A stretch of DNA of 33,115 bases, from contig JAPOLP010000001.1 of NCBI GenBank assembly GCA_029977045.1, positions 1 through 33,115 on the forward strand, given 5' to 3'. The translations under genes and the position numbers were made by a program. The notes beneath the pieces are model-generated. The model did not search any database, was not told the origin of the DNA, and was given only the letters and a program-made list of their open reading frames with translations. The stretch is from Planctomycetota bacterium (GTDB taxonomy: Bacteria > Planctomycetota > Planctomycetia > Planctomycetales > Planctomycetaceae). Numbering within the stretch: the stretch's first letter is position 1; the number at the start of each line of letters is the position of its first letter. This document shows positions 16,681 through 24,845 of the stretch, in pieces.

Positions 16681-18585
16681 ATGCTCCGAAAATCTTTCCG
16701 TATCCGCGATCTGATGGCCTCAAAATTCCGCAAGAACCGCCTGGCCCGGTCGCTGAAAAGCCGACGCCCACGCCGTCAGGCCGCCGCGGCCATGGAGAGC
16801 CTGGAAGCTCGCCAGCTACTGACCACACTGTCACTCAGTGATGCCTCGGTCACTGAAGGCGACAACCTCGAATTTGTCGTCTCACTCAGCAGCGCGGTCG
16901 CTCACGATACAGTCGTCAGCTACTCGACAGCTGGTGGTTCGGCCAACAGCAGCGATTACACCGCAGCCAGTGGCTCGATCACGATCTCGGCCGGCGACAC
17001 AAGCGGCACGATCACCGTCGCGACAACGGACGACAGCACGGTCGAACTCGACGAGACGCTCAGTCTGAACGTCACTGGAGTGTCGGGCACGAATGACGTC
17101 TCAATCAGCGACGGGACCGGTGCAGGCACGATTGAAAACGATGACGTTATGTCTGTCACCGTTGATGACGCGACCGTTTTGGAAGGTGGCAACCTGGAAT
17201 TCGCAGTCACGCTCAGCAATCCGGTCGATGTGGATACAGTCCTCACGTACTCAACCGGTGACGGTTCCGCAACGACCGCCGACAGCGACTACACCGGCCA
17301 GGCGGCTCAGACAATCACGATCTCTGCGGGCGACACCAGCGGCACAATCACAGTTGCCACGACGGACGACAACAAGGTCGAACTGGATGAGACTGTCAGC
17401 ATCTCGCTCGACGGCGTCGATGCGGGTGGCCGCGAAGCAGCAACCGCTGTCGGCGGAATCCTGTATCAGAACGACTTTGAATCGCCCAACGGGTTTGTCG
17501 ACAACACAGGACGCGACGTCAGCCTCCAGTCGGTGAACTCGCTCTACGGTCAGCCCGGCTTCCTGTTCCAGCAGATCTTCACCGTCGAGACACTCGAAAT
17601 TAATGGCACCGCAGCGTTTGGCGGCGGCTATCAGGATCCGTCCGGCACCGGCGGCAACTATGCCATCGGCATGCTCTCGCACGTTCAGAATGATCATCTC
17701 TCGCTGACGTTTGACGCGGGAACTAACGCGTTTCTGAACTTTGGAATCGATGTCTCGCATATCGATCTCGACGGTGTCGGCGGGCCGTTTGGCCCTGAGC
17801 CAGGCATCGCCCCTGTGTTCGACTTCCGTCTGTACGACAGCCCCAGCGGGAGCTTCAACATCTCCTCCCCGGGCACGCTGCTGGACTCGGCGCAGATCAC
17901 GGGCACCAGCTCCGCACGGAACACGTTTGACTGGACCAGTCATGTGCTCGGCCTGTCCACCGCAAGAAGCACGGACGGCAACGTCTCGCTGGTCGTCGAT
18001 CTGGTTCAGGGCGGATACGCGGCATTCGATAACCTGGTCGTCGCGGCATCGAATACCCAGGGGAGCCTCGACAATGGTGCCACAGGCACGATCCTCAATG
18101 ACGACAGCGCGACGGTTACGGTCGACGATGCGTCGGTGACCGAAGGCGGCAGCCTGCAATTCAACGTCTCGTTGAGCAACCCGGTCGATGTCGCCACGGT
18201 CATCAACTACTCGACGGCAGACGGTTCGGCCACGACGGCTGACAGCGACTACACCGGCGGCAGTGGCTCGATCACGATCGCTGCCGGTCTGACCAGCGGC
18301 ACGATCACTGTCGCCACGACGGACGACAATACCGTCGAACTGGACGAAGTGATGAGCCTTGACGTGGTGCTTGCGGACTCTAGTGACCGCGATGTGACAT
18401 TCCCGCAGGTCGGTGCCAACATCGTCTTTGAAGATACGTTCGACAGCGAGTCGGTCGGCGTCGGCTACACATCGCTTACCAACTGGGCCGTGACGTCCGG
18501 AAATGTGGATGTGATCGGAGACGGGTACCACAATATCTATCCGGGCAACGGGCGTTATCTCGACATGGATGGCTATGTCAATTGA
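16681..18585 (+). CDS. Calx-beta domain surface protein (N-terminal 634 codons of an interrupted mega-adhesin frame)
   Basis: ATG at 16681 with an upstream GAGGA. Leader MLRKSFRIRDLMASKFRKNRLARSLKSRRPRRQAAAAMESLEARQLLT. Three Calx-beta modules (e.g. VTVDDATVLEGGNLEFAVTLSNPVDVDTVLTYSTGDGSATTADSDYTG...ITISAGDTSGTITVATTDDNKVELDET). One unassigned lectin-like module. The first half of a DUF642-like jelly-roll (NWAVTSGNVDVIGDGYHNIYPGNGRYLDMDG) is cut by TGA at 18583-18585. Confidence 0.8.
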   Translation: MLRKSFRIRDLMASKFRKNRLARSLKSRRPRRQAAAAMESLEARQLLTTLSLSDASVTEGDNLEFVVSLSSAVAHDTVVSYSTAGGSANSSDYTAASGSITISAGDTSGTITVATTDDSTVELDETLSLNVTGVSGTNDVSISDGTGAGTIENDDVMSVTVDDATVLEGGNLEFAVTLSNPVDVDTVLTYSTGDGSATTADSDYTGQAAQTITISAGDTSGTITVATTDDNKVELDETVSISLDGVDAGGREAATAVGGILYQNDFESPNGFVDNTGRDVSLQSVNSLYGQPGFLFQQIFTVETLEINGTAAFGGGYQDPSGTGGNYAIGMLSHVQNDHLSLTFDAGTNAFLNFGIDVSHIDLDGVGGPFGPEPGIAPVFDFRLYDSPSGSFNISSPGTLLDSAQITGTSSARNTFDWTSHVLGLSTARSTDGNVSLVVDLVQGGYAAFDNLVVAASNTQGSLDNGATGTILNDDSATVTVDDASVTEGGSLQFNVSLSNPVDVATVINYSTADGSATTADSDYTGGSGSITIAAGLTSGTITVATTDDNTVELDEVMSLDVVLADSSDRDVTFPQVGANIVFEDTFDSESVGVGYTSLTNWAVTSGNVDVIGDGYHNIYPGNGRYLDMDGYVN

Positions 18586-18819
18586 ACGATCCAGTCTGAT
18601 CCACTGACACTCAGTCCTGGCGTCTACGAACTGTCATTTGAAATCGGCAACAACACGTTTGGGGGCAACGGCCTGCTGGTTTCGCTTGGTTCCACATTTG
18701 TCGAACACTTCCCTGCGAGTTCGACGCTCACTCCGATCGTTCGAACGATTACCGTCACAGAGGCGACAACTGCCTCACTGGTCTTTGAAGAAACGGGGCC
18801 GTCTGACAAGGGCGGCAGT

Positions 18820-21800
18820 GTGCTGGATGATGTGCGGCTCATTCAGGTTGCGGGCGCGGGAAGCCTCACCAGCCAGAGCACCGGCACGATCGAGAACGAC
18901 GACAGCGCGACGGTTTCGATCGGTGATGCATCGGTCGTCGAAGGCGGTAACCTGGAGTTTAACGTCTCGCTGAGTAACCCGGTCGATGTCGCCACGGTCA
19001 TCAACTACTCGACCGCAGACGGCACTGCCACAACGGCAGACAGCGACTACACCGGCGGCAGTGGCTCGATCACTATCCCTGCTGGCCAGACCAGCGGCAC
19101 GATTTCCGTCGCCACGACCGGCGACAACACCGTCGAACTGGACGAAACGCTGAGTCTGAATCTGACGGCGGTCAGTGCCAGCGGACGCACCGTCTCGATC
19201 GACGACGGCACGGGTACAGGCACGATCGAGGACAATGACAGTGCAAGCCTTTCGATCGATGACGTGGTCATCACGGAAGGCGACAGCGGGACGACGACGG
19301 CAACCTTCACCGTAACCCTGAACAACGCTGTGGATACCGGCGTGAGCGTGAAGTTCGACGTGGCCGACGGCACTGCCACTGAGGCGGACGGTGATTACTC
19401 CGCAGGCAACTCCTTCGGCACCGGCGGTCTCGTCTTCGGTGGAGTAGACGCAGCACGTGGCGGTGCAACGAGCATGGCGGATGGCTACCTGATGGCGAAT
19501 ATCCGCGCGGATATCTCGGCCAATTCGCCAGCTGCGACCTTCACCAGTTCCAACACGCTGACACCGGCGTACCTCGACACTATTGATGTGCTGTTCGTGT
19601 CGAGCTGGCCGACAGTCGTGACGCTGAGTGCCGCGGAGCAGGCAGCCGTGGCGGACTTCGTACAGAACGGCGGCGGGACCATCATCTGGGGCGAGAACGA
19701 CGGGTGGGCGGGGGGAGCATCCGACATCTCGAACGAAAGCCTGATCGATCCGTTCCTGATGGATATCACAGGCACGCTGGGCGGCGGTCAGACTGTGACG
19801 GTAACTGACCCTTCCGCTCATATCGTCACCGATGGTCCCTTCGGAACCGTGACTTCGTTCGGACTCAGTTGGCCCGGATGGTTCAACAACCTTGGCCCGT
19901 ACGCCACCACGCTGGGAACGCTGAATGCCAACGGGCAGTCGGCTCTGGCAGTGATCGATCCCGGGGCGATTAATCCCGGCAGCGGTGGCGTGGTTCTGAT
20001 TTCCGATGGCAACGGCACCAGCGGTGCTCCACAGGTACGGACCCTGATTCTCAACTCGCTGTCCTTTGTGTCCACATCAGCTCCGGACACGTTGAACTTC
20101 TCCGGCGCAGCGGGCGAGACGCAAACTATCGAGGTGGAAATCAACGGCGACAACACGGTGGAGTTGGACGAGAACTTCTTCGTCAATCTTTCCAACCTGG
20201 ATGCGAATGGCCGAAACGTTACGCTGGCTGATAGCCAGGGCGAAGGCACGATCGGGAACGACGACAGCACGACGGTTTCGATCGGCGATGCATCTGTCGT
20301 GGAAGGCGGCAACCTGGAGTTCAACGTCACGCTGAGCAACCCGGTCGATGTCGACACAGTCATCAACTACTCGACGGCTGATGGCACTGCCACGACGGCA
20401 GACAATGACTATACCGGACAGACCGGCGTGCCGCTGACTCCGGCGAACATCACCGCCAGCACATCGCTCGCACCGCTCGGAAGCTTCACTGTCAACGAGA
20501 TCGTTGACGGGACCACAGCGGATGGGTCGCCGTTTAATGGTTTTGCGACCAATACGAATGTCGAATCGGGGACGATTACGCTGGACCTCGACGGAGACTT
20601 CGATCTGACGAAGTTCACCATCTGGAATGACATCAATGTCGGAGGCCAAGGGATCGAGAACTTCCGACTCGATTTCTACGCCTCAGCAAATGCCCTGATT
20701 TCGTCAACGGCGACACTGACAGCCGTCTCACAGGTCGCGGCTCAGGAGTATGCCTTCCCGACTGTCTCCGGTGTCAGCCGCGTCGATCTGGTGGTGCTGA
20801 GTTCCTACGACGGTGGCGGATACAACCGCATCGAAATCCGTGAAGTGATGCTGGAAGGTACTTCGAGCGTCACTGGGCTGACGATCCCGGCCGGTCAGAC
20901 CAGCGGCACGATCACTGTCGCCACGACGGACGACAACAAGGTCGAACTCGATGAGACGCTCGACGTAATTCTCGGCACTGTTGACGCCAGCAATCGTGAC
21001 GTCACCGCAGGTGCTGTTGGCGGAGTCGCGTTTTCTGAGTTCGATGCGTTCGACAGTACGACCGCAACGCAGTTTTTGACCGGTTCACTCGGCGACGTCC
21101 CGTTTTCAATGACGTTTGACGACGGCAATGTCGGAGCCTGGGGCGTCCGTGGCCGATACTCCACGTTCGACAACACATCCACTTCCTTCAACACTTCGAA
21201 CTTCACGCCGGCAACAAGCGGCCTCGACATGCTTTCCGGGGTCCATTTCGGTCAGAACGTCGGCGGAACGCTGACGATCGAGTTCGAGGCTCCTGTCGAG
21301 AATCCCACATTCCACTTCGTGCAGCTGGATGGAGCGGCTTGGGACTTCGGCCCGACGCCGGGCTTCACGTCGCTCACGAAACTCAGCGGAACGAGCGACA
21401 TCACCATTTCCGGCTCACTGTTGCGTGACAACAACGGCGCAAACGACCCCGGAATCTACGGCAGCATCCAGCTCGACGGCACGTTCTCAACCGTCGTCGT
21501 TTCGCTGGTTCCAATCACAACACGCGGTGACGGCTACTGCTTCCAGATGTCCGGCGCTGCAGCTGCGAGAGGCTCAGCTACCGGCACGATCTTGAACGAC
21601 GACTACGCTCCAGTTGCCAACAACGACACGAACCAGATTGACGAGCTGTTTGGGGTGGTTGATTCGACGAGCAACAACATCTCGGGCAACGTGCTGCTGG
21701 ATGTCGATCATCTCGATGGCTATGCAGACGTCGCCGACACCGATGCCGATAACGGAACGGCCGGACTTTCGGTCGCGGACGTTGACGGCAATGCAATCTC

Positions 21801-23658
21801 CGGAGCGACGAACATCGCCGGTGCGTACGGCACGCTGACGATGAACTCCGACGGCAGCTACACGTACAACCTGAACGATGCACTGGCTCTGCTGGAAGAC
21901 CTGGACGACGGCCAGACGCTGACCGAATCGTTCTCGTATACGGCGACCGACGGTGCCAACGGCAGCAATGACGCCACGCTGACGATCACCATCAACGGCA
22001 CGACGGACAACACTCCGCCGGTGGCGAATGACGACAGCGTTTCCACTGACGAAGACAACGCGGTGACGTTCGGCGTGCTCGGCAACGACACGGACGAGCA
22101 GAACAACCTCGTGGCGTCTCTGACAACGGTCCTGACATCACCGTCGGCTGGAGTCCTGACGAACCACAACGACGGCACGTTCTCGTTCGATCCGAACGGT
22201 GACTTCGAGTCCCTGCCGGCTGGGGCGTCGGCGACCGTCGGCTTCGATTACCAGATCGAAGACAGCTTCGGCGAAACCGACGACGCGACGGTTATCGTCA
22301 CGGTCTACGGCGTGAACGATGCGGCATCGATTAGCGGCGACAAGGTCGGCACGCTGACGGAAGACGAAGCGGGCGACAGCGGCGTCATGGCGGTTAGCGA
22401 CGTCGACGATGGCGAAGCGATCTTCCAGTCACAGACTGACGCGGAAGGCGACTACGGTGACTTCAGCATCGATGCTGCTGGCAACTGGTCGTACGCACGC
22501 ACGGCTGACCTGCAATGGCTGGCCGTCGGTGAATCGGTCACGGATAGCTTCACAGTGGTCTCGTTCGACGGCACGGCTACCGCGACCGTGACGATCACGA
22601 TCACCGGCGAGAACGACGCGCCGACGATCGACACGCTCGTCTCCAGCAATGACGACTTCTGTGAAGCGTCCGCTGATGGCACCGTGTCGGTCAGCGGCAC
22701 GTTCAGCGACGTCGACGCTTCGGACACTCACTCGGCAACGGTCGACTGGGGTGATGGCACTGTCGAATCTCTGACAGTGAACCAGCTCGCCGACACACTG
22801 GCTGGCGGTCACACGTACGGCAGCGGCGGCATCTACACGGTCACTGTGACGATCGACGACGGCAACGGCGGAACGGATGTCGAATCCGTGACGGCAGTTG
22901 TCTCCGGTGCGGCGGTCATCGACGGCACGCTGTACCTGATCGGCACGCATCGCGATGACGACTTCACCGTCAAGCTGGTCAATAAGAAAGACCCGCAGAT
23001 CAAAGTCGAATACGAACTGAACCAGATTGGTGGTTCGGACGGCGGCAGCGATGGCGGGTCGGACGGTGGCTCCGATGGCGGAAGCGACGAGGTCGTGCAG
23101 TACTTCGACCCGTCGAGCGTGGATCAGATCGTCGCGTACCTGTGCGACGGCGACGACCACCTCAACATCGGCGAAGGCGGCTCCGACGGCGGCCTGGACG
23201 TCCCATCTCTCGTGTTTGCCGGAGCCGGTGATGACCACATCACCACAGGTTCGGGTAACGACATCGTCTTCGGGGGAGATGGCAACGACCACATCAACGG
23301 TCGCGGCGGCAACGACATCCTCTCTGGCGGAGCCGGCGACGACAAACTCGACGGCGGCAAAGGCCTGGACGTTCTGATCGGCGGCATCGGCAAAGATCAC
23401 CTCAAGGGCGACCACGACGATGACCTGCTGATCGGCGACTCGGCGGCCAACGAAGAGGACGCAGCCGCTCTGGAAGCCGCCATTGCCGCCTGGGTCAGCG
23501 GCGACCTCGAAACTGCCCTGCTGAACCTCGGCGACATCACCGACGACGGCGACAAGGACAAACTCCAGGGCGGCAAGGACGACGACGAAGTCAAAGCCAG
23601 TGACAGCGACAAGGACACTGAAAAACAAGGAAGAAAAGGACGGCGAGGACAAGGGTAA
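18820..23658 (+). CDS. Calx-beta / discoidin-like / VCBS / cadherin-like / PKD / RTX repeat protein (C-terminal part of the same frame)
   Basis: Same frame as 16681..18585, and open from 18586; the first canonical start is GTG at 18820, which lies mid-domain. It contains Calx-beta modules; VCBS-type modules (GTLTMNSDGSYTYNLND...DGQTLTESFSYTATDG, DYGDFSIDAAGNWSYAR...VTDSFTVVSFDG); a cadherin-like module (PPVANDDSVSTDEDNAVTFGVLGNDTD); a PKD-like module (HSATVDWGDGTVE...GGHTYGSGGIYTVTVTIDDGNGG); and RTX nonapeptides (GAGDDHITTGSGNDIVFGGDGNDHINGRGGNDILSGGAGDDKLDGGKG). Stop TAA at 23656-23658. Confidence 0.75.
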   Translation: MLDDVRLIQVAGAGSLTSQSTGTIENDDSATVSIGDASVVEGGNLEFNVSLSNPVDVATVINYSTADGTATTADSDYTGGSGSITIPAGQTSGTISVATTGDNTVELDETLSLNLTAVSASGRTVSIDDGTGTGTIEDNDSASLSIDDVVITEGDSGTTTATFTVTLNNAVDTGVSVKFDVADGTATEADGDYSAGNSFGTGGLVFGGVDAARGGATSMADGYLMANIRADISANSPAATFTSSNTLTPAYLDTIDVLFVSSWPTVVTLSAAEQAAVADFVQNGGGTIIWGENDGWAGGASDISNESLIDPFLMDITGTLGGGQTVTVTDPSAHIVTDGPFGTVTSFGLSWPGWFNNLGPYATTLGTLNANGQSALAVIDPGAINPGSGGVVLISDGNGTSGAPQVRTLILNSLSFVSTSAPDTLNFSGAAGETQTIEVEINGDNTVELDENFFVNLSNLDANGRNVTLADSQGEGTIGNDDSTTVSIGDASVVEGGNLEFNVTLSNPVDVDTVINYSTADGTATTADNDYTGQTGVPLTPANITASTSLAPLGSFTVNEIVDGTTADGSPFNGFATNTNVESGTITLDLDGDFDLTKFTIWNDINVGGQGIENFRLDFYASANALISSTATLTAVSQVAAQEYAFPTVSGVSRVDLVVLSSYDGGGYNRIEIREVMLEGTSSVTGLTIPAGQTSGTITVATTDDNKVELDETLDVILGTVDASNRDVTAGAVGGVAFSEFDAFDSTTATQFLTGSLGDVPFSMTFDDGNVGAWGVRGRYSTFDNTSTSFNTSNFTPATSGLDMLSGVHFGQNVGGTLTIEFEAPVENPTFHFVQLDGAAWDFGPTPGFTSLTKLSGTSDITISGSLLRDNNGANDPGIYGSIQLDGTFSTVVVSLVPITTRGDGYCFQMSGAAAARGSATGTILNDDYAPVANNDTNQIDELFGVVDSTSNNISGNVLLDVDHLDGYADVADTDADNGTAGLSVADVDGNAISGATNIAGAYGTLTMNSDGSYTYNLNDALALLEDLDDGQTLTESFSYTATDGANGSNDATLTITINGTTDNTPPVANDDSVSTDEDNAVTFGVLGNDTDEQNNLVASLTTVLTSPSAGVLTNHNDGTFSFDPNGDFESLPAGASATVGFDYQIEDSFGETDDATVIVTVYGVNDAASISGDKVGTLTEDEAGDSGVMAVSDVDDGEAIFQSQTDAEGDYGDFSIDAAGNWSYARTADLQWLAVGESVTDSFTVVSFDGTATATVTITITGENDAPTIDTLVSSNDDFCEASADGTVSVSGTFSDVDASDTHSATVDWGDGTVESLTVNQLADTLAGGHTYGSGGIYTVTVTIDDGNGGTDVESVTAVVSGAAVIDGTLYLIGTHRDDDFTVKLVNKKDPQIKVEYELNQIGGSDGGSDGGSDGGSDGGSDEVVQYFDPSSVDQIVAYLCDGDDHLNIGEGGSDGGLDVPSLVFAGAGDDHITTGSGNDIVFGGDGNDHINGRGGNDILSGGAGDDKLDGGKGLDVLIGGIGKDHLKGDHDDDLLIGDSAANEEDAAALEAAIAAWVSGDLETALLNLGDITDDGDKDKLQGGKDDDEVKASDSDKDTEKQGRKGRRGQG
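23029..23088 (+). repeat. Five tandem GGSD tetrapeptide units (12-nt period) inside the mega-adhesin
   Basis: GGTGGTTCGGAC GGCGGCAGCGAT GGCGGGTCGGAC GGTGGCTCCGAT GGCGGAAGCGAC. The peptide is identical in all five units, but the codons differ. Confidence 0.9.
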
Positions 23659-23757
23659 GGGCAAAAAGAAGGGCAAGAATAAGTAGCCCAGAGGCACCGC
23701 ACCTCGTGCGAACGCCGCAGTAACAAAGCAGAGACTGTCGGCCATCCGATCGACGGG

Positions 23758-23791
23758 ACAGCCCGGTGAGATTTCTCGCCGGGCTGTTTTT
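23758..23791 (+). terminator. Rho-independent terminator of the mega-adhesin gene
   Basis: ACAGCCCGGTGAG (23758-23770), loop ATTT, CTCGCCGGGCTGT (23775-23787). This is a 13-bp stem with one G-U pair, followed by TTTT (23788-23791). It lies 100 nt after the stop, in a convergent intergenic region. Confidence 0.75.
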
Positions 23792-23810
23792 GTGTCTGGA
23801 GAAGGCAGCG

Positions 23811-24803
23811 TCAGTCTCGCTGACGCTCCGCCAGATGCTCATCCAGGAAAGACTCGGCTGCCTTGTACGCAGCGGCAATGTCGTCGGGGTTACCTCCGAC
23901 CAGACCGTGTTCGCCATTCCCGATGCTGATCAACCGGTGTCGCACTTTGTGATTTTGAAACTCGCGGGCCATCATCACGGACTGTTCGTGCGGCACGTCA
24001 GTATCAGTCGTGCCGTGAATCATGAGCGTTGGTGCCCAGTCGACCGACACATTCTTCACTGGCATGAAGGGGAAGAATTGTTCGGCTTCCTTGTGTGGAT
24101 CCCAGCCGCTGACGTTCTTTGGCCACAGGCCTGTCTGGCGGCAGTACACATAGAACAATCCGCCGTCGCCCTTTCGGTCTCGCGAATCAGAAATCGGAGG
24201 CCCGCTGACCTGCTGCCAGGCTTCGTTCCTTGTCGGCTTCACACGATTGTGTCGCGGATGAGGACTCGGACTGCTGTACCACGGCCCGACCAGGTCTCCG
24301 TAGCCCCAGAAGGCGACCAGTGCCTGAGGACGCGGCTTCACCAGGTAACCGGTTGCCAGCGTCAGGTAGCCACCTGCCGAGCCGCCCGTCACCGCAATCC
24401 TGTCGGTGTCAAAATGAAACCGCCGGGCTCCTTCACCGCGAATCCAGCGAAACGCGTCCTGAACGTCTTCGAGGATCAGCGGTAGTTTCGTTTCGGGTGC
24501 GAGACGGTAGTCGATCGACACCAGTGCGAAACCTCGCCCCTTCGCGTAATCGCGGACGCGACCACTGATTCCTTCCCGATGTCCGTTGATCAAAGCGCCA
24601 CCGTGAATCCAGACAACGACCGGGACAGGTTTCTCACCGGGCGGTCGATAAACGTCAGCCAGAATTTTGAGTTCGCCGACCATCTTGTATGCAACGGTCG
24701 ACCGGGCGAAGTCAGCATCCTGTGCGATGCCACTCGTACCCGCTGCCAAAACGCACGACATGCCAACCGAAAAAAGCAATGCTGATTCAATCGAGCGTGC
24801 CAT
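23811..24803 (-). CDS. Alpha/beta hydrolase (esterase/lipase, HGG + GxSxG type), exported
   Basis: ORF 23811..24818 starts at a TTG. ATG at 24803 with an upstream GGGAG. Signal-like MARSIESALLFSVGMSCVLAAGTSGIAQD. Oxyanion motif VVWIHGGALINGH, nucleophile elbow VTGGSAGGY, and probable Asp/His in HGTTDTDVP and NGEHGL. Confidence 0.85.
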   Translation of the reverse strand: MARSIESALLFSVGMSCVLAAGTSGIAQDADFARSTVAYKMVGELKILADVYRPPGEKPVPVVVWIHGGALINGHREGISGRVRDYAKGRGFALVSIDYRLAPETKLPLILEDVQDAFRWIRGEGARRFHFDTDRIAVTGGSAGGYLTLATGYLVKPRPQALVAFWGYGDLVGPWYSSPSPHPRHNRVKPTRNEAWQQVSGPPISDSRDRKGDGGLFYVYCRQTGLWPKNVSGWDPHKEAEQFFPFMPVKNVSVDWAPTLMIHGTTDTDVPHEQSVMMAREFQNHKVRHRLISIGNGEHGLVGGNPDDIAAAYKAAESFLDEHLAERQRD

Positions 24804-24845
24804 GGCTGGGGCTCCCAAACAGTGAATTCAAGCAGTCGTCTGGAA

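Larger units (their letters stand above)
16681..23658 (+). pseudogene. Alternative reading of the two entries above: one mega-adhesin gene of about 2,325 codons, interrupted by a single in-frame TGA
   Basis: Both ORFs begin at positions equal to 1 mod 3. My hand translation of 18586..18819 in that frame contains no stop and completes the domain begun upstream of the TGA. Confidence 0.55.

Noticed and set aside
18583-18585. The in-frame TGA as a selenocysteine codon.
   Set aside because: Only a 5-bp ACTGA-CAC-TCAGT hairpin follows the codon, and nothing resembles a bacterial SECIS stem-loop at the expected distance. The site is in a lectin-like structural domain of an extracellular protein and not in a redox motif.
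16681-23658. A diversity-generating retroelement or invertase-driven phase variation acting on the repetitive adhesin genes.
   Set aside because: I found no reverse transcriptase, no template/variable repeat pair with adenine-specific differences, no recombinase gene and no invertible-segment inverted repeats in the window.
22900-23658. RTX nonapeptide repeats as evidence for a local type I secretion system.
   Set aside because: No ABC transporter, membrane-fusion protein or TolC-like gene is present in the window. The repeats alone do not establish the export route.
23608-23686. The +1 frame continues past the mega-adhesin stop as ...LKNKEEKDGEDKGKGKKKGKNK* (ending at TAG 23684-23686). This suggests a frameshift at the A5 run near 23621-23625.
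   Set aside because: The tract is purine-rich low complexity that reads as K/E/G/R in several frames. The annotated frame gives an equally plausible basic tail (TEKQGRKGRRGQG*). It cannot be decided from sequence alone and affects fewer than 25 residues.
17251-23745. Long minus-strand ORFs 17251..18531 (426 aa), 18775..19821 (348 aa) and 22429..23745 (438 aa).
   Set aside because: They are antisense to the Calx-beta/RTX mega-adhesin frame. Their composition (R/A/V/D-rich runs such as VVDDRGDIDRV repeated) mirrors the sense-strand repeats.
23766-24485. A + strand ORF of 239 aa overlapping the alpha/beta hydrolase.
   Set aside because: It lies opposite a gene with clear catalytic motifs, has no motifs of its own, and starts inside the terminator region.
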